Origin: Gammaproteobacteria bacterium
GTDB taxonomy: Bacteria > Pseudomonadota > Gammaproteobacteria > Acidiferrobacterales > SZUA-150
Assembly: GCA_036986275.1 (NCBI GenBank)
Contig: BTRG01000004.1
Location: forward strand, 981-64,980
Direction of reading: 5' to 3'
Length of the DNA stretch: 64,000 nucleotides
This document shows positions 1-6,242 of this stretch, in pieces. The translations under genes were made by a program, and so were the position numbers. How positions within the stretch are numbered: the first letter of the stretch is position 1; each line of letters opens with the position of its first letter. A model generated the notes under the pieces. That model had not been told where the DNA came from and searched no databases. It saw only the letters and a list, made by a program, of their open reading frames with translations.

Positions 1-111
1 AACATTGCAGCCGTCTATGCTCGCATCGACAACGATGTGTGGAGACAGATTGCTGTCTACGGCCCAGTCATAGACAGCGCGAATGAAGTACGGATTGAGG
101 GGTCTGGCCAA
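1..111 (-). CDS. sspB: Stringent starvation protein B (ClpXP adaptor), N-terminal part; runs off the window
   Basis: Not in the ORF track because it is truncated. The minus-strand translation just downstream of sspA reads ..ARPLNPYFIRAVYDWAVDSNLSPHIVVDASIDGCNV. This matches the conserved SspB N-terminus (RPYLLRAFYEW..PHLVVD). The start is uncertain (TTG at 111-109). Confidence 0.7.
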   Translation of the reverse strand, partial: MARPLNPYFIRAVYDWAVDSNLSPHIVVDASIDGCNV

Positions 112-125
112 GACTGGCGACGCGG

Positions 126-755
126 TTATTTACCGCGCATTTCTTGCTCGGCTTCAGTCAGGCTGGCCTGGAATGACTTGCGCTCAAAGATACGCTCGGC
201 ATATTCCATCATCGGCTTGGCTTGTCGTGGCAAGTCGATCTTGAAGGCTGGCAGACGCCACAGAATAGGCGCCAGCGCACAATCCACTAACGAGAATTCC
301 TCGCCCAACAGAAATTTCTGTTCCTTGAAGATCGGCGACACTACCGTCAGTCCATCACGAATAACCGCACGCGCCTTGTTGGCCAGCTTTTTGTCATCGC
401 CTTCTATGGTCGGGAGCATACGGTACCAGTCTTTATCGAAACGGCGCAGCATCAATCGTGCACGTGCACGTGACACGGGATCCACCGGCATCAGTGGCGG
501 ATGCGGAAGGCGCTCATCCAGGTACTCGTTGATAATCAGAGATTCGTACAGCACCAAGTCTCTGTCGACCAGGGTAGGCACCTGGTTATAGGGATTCAAT
601 TCGGCCAGTTCACGTGGCTTTTTATCATATTCGACTTCAACAAACTGACATTCAACATCTTTTTCTTGCAGCACGATGCGGGTGCGATGGCTGCAAGGAT
701 CCGTTGTGCCCGTGTACAGGGTCATAATGGGCTTTCTGTTTGCCTGGGATGCCAT
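126..755 (-). CDS. sspA: Stringent starvation protein A (GST-like RNAP-associated protein)
   Basis: Near-colinear with E. coli SspA (MTLYTG..DP.SHR.RIVL.EK.., VPTLVDRDL.LYES.II.EYLDER.PHPPLMPV, FSLVDC.LAP.LWRL). I place the start at ATG 755 (MASQ...), which is preceded by GGAG at 7-nt spacing. The TTG at 776 in the ORF track is unlikely. Confidence 0.95.
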   Translation of the reverse strand: MASQANRKPIMTLYTGTTDPCSHRTRIVLQEKDVECQFVEVEYDKKPRELAELNPYNQVPTLVDRDLVLYESLIINEYLDERLPHPPLMPVDPVSRARARLMLRRFDKDWYRMLPTIEGDDKKLANKARAVIRDGLTVVSPIFKEQKFLLGEEFSLVDCALAPILWRLPAFKIDLPRQAKPMMEYAERIFERKSFQASLTEAEQEMRGK

Positions 756-776
756 ATGCAGTCTCCGTTTATGCAA

Positions 777-808
777 TTAAAACAAATCCGGGGGGCAATA
801 CCCCCCGG
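777..808 (-). terminator. Intrinsic-terminator-like hairpin (8-bp G/C stem, 5-nt loop) followed by ATTTGTTTT on the minus strand
   Basis: Minus strand reads GCCGGGGGGTATTGCCCCCCGGATTTGTTTTAA. The T-rich tail exists only in the minus orientation. It ends about 12 nt before the sspA RBS. Confidence 0.6.
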
Positions 809-1139
809 CATTACAGCAGTAATCAAGGTGCCCCACCACACCAAAAGCAGGCGCTTTAGGCGAGCGGACGGGATATTAACATCATCGCGCCACACCGGCG
901 AACGATTCCATGGACGCAGGATGACGTGAATGGATTCACTAATGCCGCGGGCACCTCAAAGGGCACTTTGTCACTTTGTTCGGGCGCGCAGGGATGCGCA
1001 GGCGCCAGTGCAAGCCGCCGGATTCCGGGTGATTCTGCCCTGTGGGTGCAAGCCCGGCACAGTCTTTGTTAATCCGGGGCGGAATGACGACAGTCGCGCC
1101 GCCAAAAACAGGCACTGCAGACGTGCCGCGGGGGCACAA

Positions 1140-1149
1140 CCCCCCCCCC
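1140..1149. repeat. C10/G10 homopolymer tract in non-coding spacer
   Basis: Direct count: c at 1140 plus nine c at 1141-1149. Confidence 0.9.
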
Positions 1150-1200
1150 ACGAGGTTGGAAAATAAACAACCCCGGTGCAAGCGGACTGGGTATTGGGTT

Positions 1201-1226
1201 GTAGGAGCTTTAGCCACGATAGCTAC
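1201..1226 (+). repeat. REP-like palindromic element (GTAGGAGC..TTTAGCC..CGA family), copy 1
   Basis: gtaggagctttagccacgatagctac. Resembles the Pseudomonas-type REP consensus GTAGGAGCGnGCTTGCnCGCGAA. A second, inverted copy lies at 1356-1378. Confidence 0.6.
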
Positions 1227-1355
1227 GGTGGAAAGTGTGACCAGAACAGGCAATGCGCGTTACCTAGACCCAAAGGGTGAGGTATCCATAATGAACCCTG
1301 AAAGGGTTCTATGGGCAAGAAAATACTTGATGAACTTCTAAGAGGTTCTAAGTGC

Positions 1356-1378
1356 TTCGCGGCTAAAGCCGCTCCTAC
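1356..1378 (-). repeat. REP-like palindromic element, copy 2 (inverted relative to 1201-1226)
   Basis: Reverse complement reads gtaggagcggctttagccgcgaa, with the internal hairpin gcggc-ttta-gccgc. Confidence 0.65.
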
Positions 1379-1382
1379 AATT

Positions 1383-1398
1383 CCGCCGCAAGCGGCGG
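1383..1398 (-). terminator. Short perfect hairpin (6-bp stem, 4-nt loop) directly after the petC stop
   Basis: ccgccg-caag-cggcgg, about 20 nt downstream of the petC stop on the minus strand. There is no strong U-tract, so it may be only a stabilising hairpin. Confidence 0.35.
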
Positions 1399-1418
1399 GG
1401 AATAGAACCCCAAGGGAT

Positions 1419-2150
1419 TTAATGTATATCTTTCCAGAATTCCTTCTTCATCGCATAGGCCGGGATCATGAAGATCAGCAGAAAGAGGATCACGTAAACG
1501 CCTATCTTATAGCGCACCAGCTTGGCGGGTTCGCCCATATAGACCATGAAGTTGGTCAAGTCGCGCATGGCGCTATCGAATTCCTCGTCGCTCATGCTGC
1601 CGGCCTTGGCCGTCTCCAGAGCGGCTACCTTCCTGCCGCCGTAGCCGTCGTCTTCATAGATGGCACGCTTCTCACCCTGCCATGCATACAGGACATGCGG
1701 CATGGCTACGGCCGGGAAGATCACATTATTCCAGCCACTGACAGCGGCTTCATCGCGATAGAAACTTCGCATATAGGTATAAAACCAGTCGGCGCCACGG
1801 GAACGGGCGATCACGGTCAGGTCGGGTGGAACGGTATTAAAGGCGGCCTTGGCATCTTCCGCTGGCATCACGGCCTTCATCAAGTCGCCCACCTTGTCGG
1901 CGGCAAACAACAGATTCTCTTTCACCAGCTCGTCGGTCAGCCCCAGGTCACGACCCATGCGGTTATAGCGCATGTAGGCCGCGCTGTGGCAGGACAGGCA
2001 ATAGTTGACGAACATACGCGCCCCGCGTTGCAACGAGGCCTGGTCGCTCAGGTCGATACTGACTTTATCCAGTTTTACATCACCGTCCCCACCGGCCAGA
2101 GCAACAACAGGGGCCAGTAACAATAGAACGCTTGCTACCCGCTTTCTCAT
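1419..2150 (-). CDS. petC: Cytochrome c1 subunit of ubiquinol-cytochrome c reductase
   Basis: Signal peptide, CLSCHS heme-c (CxxCH) motif and a C-terminal membrane anchor. Overlaps the petB stop by 4 nt. Third gene of petABC. Confidence 0.93.
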   Translation of the reverse strand: MRKRVASVLLLLAPVVALAGGDGDVKLDKVSIDLSDQASLQRGARMFVNYCLSCHSAAYMRYNRMGRDLGLTDELVKENLLFAADKVGDLMKAVMPAEDAKAAFNTVPPDLTVIARSRGADWFYTYMRSFYRDEAAVSGWNNVIFPAVAMPHVLYAWQGEKRAIYEDDGYGGRKVAALETAKAGSMSDEEFDSAMRDLTNFMVYMGEPAKLVRYKIGVYVILFLLIFMIPAYAMKKEFWKDIH

Positions 2151-3523
2151 TTCGTCACCCTTTCCGGTACAGGCCTGGTTTTATCCATGGCGGAATACCA
2201 GGGCATCAGGAAGAAGAACAGCAGGTACACCACCGTGAAGACCTGCGCCAGGATAACCTTGATGCCGCTGGCCGGTTGCGTGCCCAGCCAGCCCAGGACA
2301 AAGAATGACACGACAAAAATGGCGAGCGCCAACCTGGACATCCAGCCACGATAACGCAGCGACTTGACCGGCGATCTATCCAGCCAGGGCAGGAGGGCAA
2401 ACAAGCCCACACCCAGACCCATGAGCACCACACCCCAGAACTTGGCTTCCAGGGTCAGTAGGCCGGTGAATATGACCGCCGTTATGCCCAGCGCAATCAT
2501 TTTGGCCTGGGCACGCTTCAGGCTGACGGTGGCCATAATACCCAAGATAATGGTCATAGGAATCAAGCCATAGATCACCATGCTGCCGGTCGTGGCGCGC
2601 AATAACGAATAGTAAGGCGTGAAATACCACAACGGTACAATCTCCGGAGGCGTCTGCAGGATGTTGGCCGGTATGAAGTTATCATGCTCCAGAAACCAGC
2701 CGCCCAGCTCAGGCGAGAAGAACAACACGGCGCAAAAGATAATCAGGAAGCCGATCACACCAACAATATCTTTCACGGTGTAGTAAGGGTGAAAAGGAAT
2801 ACCATCGACCGGTATGCCATCGGGGCCCTTGTTGTTCTTGATCTCTATGCCATCGGGATTACTGGAACCGACCTTGTGCAAGGCCACCAGGTGCATGAAT
2901 ACCAGCGCGCACAAGATCAGTGGTACGGCAATCACGTGGAAGGCAAAGAAGCGGTTCAGTGTGGCGTCTGAGATCACGAAGTCACCGCGTATCCACTCAG
3001 ACAGACCTTCGCCCACCCAGGGGATGGCGCTAAAGAGCGAGACAATCACCTGCGCGCCCCAGTAAGACATATTGCCCCAGGGCAGCAGATAACCCATAAA
3101 GGCCTCGGCCATCAACGCAACGAAGATCACCACGCCCAGCAACCACAGCAGTTCACGGGGACCGCGATAGGAGCCGTACATCATGGCCCGGAACATGTGC
3201 ATGTAGACGACAATAAAGAAGAACGAGGCGCCGGTGGAATGCATATAGCGTATCAACCAGCCCCACTCAACATCGCGCATGATGTATTCGACCGAGGCAA
3301 AGGCCAGAGAAGTATCCGGCTTGTAGTTCATTGTCAGGAAGATGCCGCTGACGATCTGTATCACCAGCATCAGCAGTGCAAAGGAACCGAAGTAATACCA
3401 GAAATTAAAATTCTTTGGTGCGTAGTATTTGGAAAGGTGCTCTTCCCAAACCTTGATGACGGGATAGCGGTCATCGACCCACTGCAAGCCGTCATCGTAC
3501 AATTGAAGTAGCTTGCTGCCCAT
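2147..3523 (-). CDS. petB: Cytochrome b subunit of the bc1 complex (458 aa, long form)
   Basis: Typical cytochrome b N-terminus (WVDDRYP.., YYAPKNFNFWYYFG), conserved heme-ligand His in helices B and D, and the Qo-loop motif IVPLWYF. TAATG overlap with the petA stop. Confidence 0.95.
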   Translation of the reverse strand: MGSKLLQLYDDGLQWVDDRYPVIKVWEEHLSKYYAPKNFNFWYYFGSFALLMLVIQIVSGIFLTMNYKPDTSLAFASVEYIMRDVEWGWLIRYMHSTGASFFFIVVYMHMFRAMMYGSYRGPRELLWLLGVVIFVALMAEAFMGYLLPWGNMSYWGAQVIVSLFSAIPWVGEGLSEWIRGDFVISDATLNRFFAFHVIAVPLILCALVFMHLVALHKVGSSNPDGIEIKNNKGPDGIPVDGIPFHPYYTVKDIVGVIGFLIIFCAVLFFSPELGGWFLEHDNFIPANILQTPPEIVPLWYFTPYYSLLRATTGSMVIYGLIPMTIILGIMATVSLKRAQAKMIALGITAVIFTGLLTLEAKFWGVVLMGLGVGLFALLPWLDRSPVKSLRYRGWMSRLALAIFVVSFFVLGWLGTQPASGIKVILAQVFTVVYLLFFFLMPWYSAMDKTRPVPERVTK

Positions 3524-4131
3524 TATGCAACTCCTTCGGTCTGGTCTTCGCCGATGATGATGCGTGTATCGGTCAGGTATTTATACGGAGGGACCACCAG
3601 GTTTGTTGGTGCAGGCACGTTTTTATAGACGCGGCCGGCGAGATCAAACTTGGAACCATGACAAGGACAGAAGTAACCGCCCCGCCAGTCATCCCCCAAC
3701 GCAAACTTCGGTACCGGCCTGGCTTCAAGCGCGGTCTGCGGGGAACAACCTAAATGGGTACAGATACCGATCACCACCAGGTATTCGTCTTTAATGGAGC
3801 GATGAAGGTTCCTGGCATAAGCAGGCTGTTGCGAGGCAACCGCGGATTCGGGGTCAACCAATATGTCCTGCAAATCTGGCAGGGCGGCCAGCATTTCCTG
3901 GGTGCGGCGCAGTATCCACACCGGCTTGCCGCGCCATTCTACGGTCATCATCTGTCCGGGTTTGAGTTTGCTGAAATCGACTTCAACCGGAGCACCGGCG
4001 GCCTTGGCGCGGGCACTGGGCATCATACTTAATACAAAAGGCGTGGCCGCGAATGCGCCCCCGATTACCCCCAGACCGGAAGTAATGCCAATAAGGCGCC
4101 GCCGCTTCCGGTTTACGCCATCATCACTCAT
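3523..4131 (-). CDS. petA: Rieske iron-sulfur subunit of the bc1 complex
   Basis: Tat-type N-terminus (RRRLI) and the Rieske boxes CTHLGC and CPCHGS. Confidence 0.95.
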   Translation of the reverse strand: MSDDGVNRKRRRLIGITSGLGVIGGAFAATPFVLSMMPSARAKAAGAPVEVDFSKLKPGQMMTVEWRGKPVWILRRTQEMLAALPDLQDILVDPESAVASQQPAYARNLHRSIKDEYLVVIGICTHLGCSPQTALEARPVPKFALGDDWRGGYFCPCHGSKFDLAGRVYKNVPAPTNLVVPPYKYLTDTRIIIGEDQTEGVA

Positions 4132-4286
4132 GAAATCCCCCTGCTAGACTGTGTCACGATAAGGAAAGGACCTACACCGATGAAACACCATGAAAATCAA
4201 CTGATTGGAACAAAGACCGGTGTATAAATAAGTGTATATTAGGATTTGCTTCTAAGGTCCTTTTAGCGGCGCCTAGAATCATATAA

Positions 4287-4303
4287 TTGACTACTTTAGT
4301 CAA
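4287..4303. promoter_or_regulatory. Perfect 17-bp palindrome TTGACTA-CTT-TAGTCAA in the divergent petA/degS intergenic region
   Basis: Read directly from the sequence; a 7-3-7 perfect inverted repeat. Operator-like, cognate factor unknown. Confidence 0.3.
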
Positions 4304-4436
4304 GTATTAGCCCTCCGATTTCTACTGGTATTCGCTACAGATTCCGGCCTTTTAGTGCGGGAAAACAAAGGCTGCTCCCTTCTATCGTCGATCATTTGCA
4401 GGATAGAATTGCACTCCCTGGATCACTTTTAACGAG

Positions 4437-5633
4437 ATGTTATTCATGCGCTGGCAGCAATCCCTGATATACAAATCATTCACATATATAAGTAAGGCCA
4501 TAGTCCTGGGCCTGGCCCTGGCCTTTGTCATCACCCTGATCTGGCCGCAGGCGAAAGACGGCCGAGATCCAAAAATGGTGATACGCCAGGTTGCTATGCC
4601 TGCCGCGTCTGCCGGCAACGGTGTCCGCTCTTATGCCGATGCCGTCGAGCGCGCCGCACCTTCGGTAGTGAACATCAATACCTCCAAGGTCGTGACCATA
4701 CGCCCACATCCCTTTTTCGATGATCCCATCTTCCGGCAATTCTTTGGCCAGGATCTGAACGCTCTCATCAAACCCAAGAAACAGATACAGAACAGTCTGG
4801 GCTCCGGTGTCATCGTCAACAAAAACGGCTTTGTACTGACGAATTACCACGTCATACGAGAGGCCGACAGCATACAAGTGGCGCTGCGTGATGGCCGCAC
4901 CACGGCTGCGCGCGTCATAGGCGTGGACCCTGAGACCGATCTGGCGGTACTGCGCATCGAGCTCGACAATCTCCCGGCCATCACGCTGGGGCATTCCGGC
5001 ACCCTGCGCGTGGGCGATGTGGTGCTGACCATAGGCAATCCCTTTGGTGTCGGCCAGACCGTGACCATGGGCATCGTCAGCGCCACCGGCAGAAACAAGC
5101 TTGGCATCAATACCTTCGAGAACTTTATCCAGACCGATGCCGCCATCAATCCCGGCAACTCCGGCGGCGCCCTGGTCGACGCCAATGGCAATCTGATCGG
5201 TATCAATACCGCCATCTTTTCCAAGAGTGGTGGGTCACAGGGCATAGGCTTTGCCATTCCCACCAAACTGGCGGTGAATGTGCTGGATGAAATCATACGC
5301 TACGGCCGTCCGCGCCGCGGCTGGCTAGGCATAGAGGCCGACCCGGTCACCGAAGAACTGGCGCGCACACTGGGCATGAAAGAACCACGCGGCATTATTA
5401 TTGTCGGCGTCCTGCGCAATGGCCCAGCACATAAGGCCGGCATTGAGCCTGGGGATGTGATTATCAACATCGAAGGCACCGAGATTACTGATGCGCAATC
5501 GGCGTTATTCGCCATCTCCAGCAAGAAGCCGGGGGAACAACTGAAGCTAAAGATTTATCGGGATGGCAAAAAGCTTGATCTGGTGGCTACTGTTATCGAG
5601 CGCCCGCAACAACGGCCGGATGGGCGGAAGTAA
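4437..5633 (+). CDS. degS: HtrA-family periplasmic serine endoprotease, DegS/AlgW type (single PDZ)
   Basis: N-terminal membrane anchor, trypsin-like domain with GNSGGAL around the catalytic Ser, and one C-terminal PDZ. ATG 4446 is an alternative start. Confidence 0.8.
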   Translation: MLFMRWQQSLIYKSFTYISKAIVLGLALAFVITLIWPQAKDGRDPKMVIRQVAMPAASAGNGVRSYADAVERAAPSVVNINTSKVVTIRPHPFFDDPIFRQFFGQDLNALIKPKKQIQNSLGSGVIVNKNGFVLTNYHVIREADSIQVALRDGRTTAARVIGVDPETDLAVLRIELDNLPAITLGHSGTLRVGDVVLTIGNPFGVGQTVTMGIVSATGRNKLGINTFENFIQTDAAINPGNSGGALVDANGNLIGINTAIFSKSGGSQGIGFAIPTKLAVNVLDEIIRYGRPRRGWLGIEADPVTEELARTLGMKEPRGIIIVGVLRNGPAHKAGIEPGDVIINIEGTEITDAQSALFAISSKKPGEQLKLKIYRDGKKLDLVATVIERPQQRPDGRK

Positions 5634-5734
5634 CGGGCAATTGTGTTCCGTTTAACTTTTCCCACTTTTAAAGCACGCAAATAAAATTAGGCATTTAATT
5701 TTTGTGGCTGATTCATATTTCCCAGTTTTGCGGA

Positions 5735-5921
5735 TCCAAGTTGCAACAGTGGGTTTAATCCCGAAAAATACCTCATTGGGTGTTTTCAAGCCAAGGCATT
5801 TTCGTGGACTGTTGTTTAATCTATCCATCACCTTCTCAATTTGTTTGTGGGTGATCGTTGTAAAATCATGTTTCTTGGGAAGGTATTGTCGAATGAGTCC
5901 ATTGGTATTCTCATTCAGTAT
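5735..5921 (-). pseudogene. IS30-family transposase remnant (C-terminal ~60 codons only)
   Basis: The minus-strand translation LNENTNGLIRQYLPKKHDFTTITHKQIEKVMDRLNNSPRKCLGLKTPNEVFFG matches the conserved IS30 C-terminus (NENTNGLIRQYFPK...LNNRPRK.LG.KTPNEVF). No upstream catalytic region or inverted repeats are present. Confidence 0.8.
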
Positions 5922-6009
5922 GTAGCCTGGATGAAATGCGATGGAATCCAGGATGGATTACGCACTCATAATTATTGCCCCGGATTGTGCTACTCTGCAT
6001 CCGGGCTAC
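5922..6009. repeat. Inverted pair of REP hairpins (GTAGCCYGGATG...AATCCRGG family)
   Basis: gtagcctggatgaaatgcgatggaatccagg ... ccggattgtgctactctgcatccgggctac. Each arm forms a 6-7 bp hairpin (cctggat/atccagg, ccggat/atccgg). The pair abuts the 5' break of the IS30 remnant. Confidence 0.7.
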
Positions 6010-6020
6010 TTTGCTTTGCG

Positions 6021-6192
6021 CCTTCCCCCTCTCAGGGGGAAGGCGGGGATGGGAGTAGTGCTCTAGGTGATAGAACCTGCCATCCTGGGTGTTGACCCCA
6101 CCCTCACCCTCCCCCCCTTGGAAGGGGGAGGGAACATGTATAGTTATCTTACCTCCTTCCCCCTCCTAGGGGGAAGGAGGGGATGAGGGTGG
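6021..6192. repeat. Three copies of a C/G-rich REP hairpin family (CCTTCCCCCT-N3-AGGGGGAAGG followed by GGGGATGRGGGTGG); the middle copy is inverted
   Basis: Copy at 6021-6055: perfect 10-bp stem. Copy at 6098-6134: inverted and imperfect. Copy at 6153-6192: perfect 13-bp stem cctccttccccct/agggggaaggagg. Confidence 0.8.
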
Positions 6193-6242
6193 TTCTTTGT
6201 AACCCATGTATCCGGTCTAAAGTATTCATTTTTATTCTCGAT

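Noticed and set aside
990-1090. Possible cobalamin-riboswitch-like string (GGTGCAAGCCCGGCACAGTC resembles the GGTG.AA.TCC...GC.G.CCCGC.ACTGT core)
   Set aside because: It lies on the plus strand, opposite to the flanking genes. No B12 box (GCCACTG / AGYCMGG..) or the other conserved helices could be found. The resemblance is confined to about 15 nt.
930-1341. Three overlapping 78-104-aa ORFs in the petC-sspA spacer
   Set aside because: The translations are Arg/Pro/Gly/Cys-rich and low complexity. They overlap one another on both strands and lack an RBS. The region is better explained as structured non-coding DNA with REP elements.
1311-2120. 269-aa plus-strand ORF antisense to petC
   Set aside because: Shadow frame of the cytochrome c1 gene. 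It has low-complexity His/Gly/Ala content, no RBS and no family resemblance.
5704-5925. 73-aa plus-strand ORF
   Set aside because: It is the antisense frame of the IS30 transposase remnant. The minus-strand frame carries the conserved NENTNGLIRQY...KTPNEVF sequence.
6021-6192. Possible small CRISPR array (repeated ~35-nt units)
   Set aside because: There are only three copies. One is inverted, the units are strongly self-palindromic, the spacing is irregular, and no cas genes are present. This is a REP/BIME cluster, not CRISPR.
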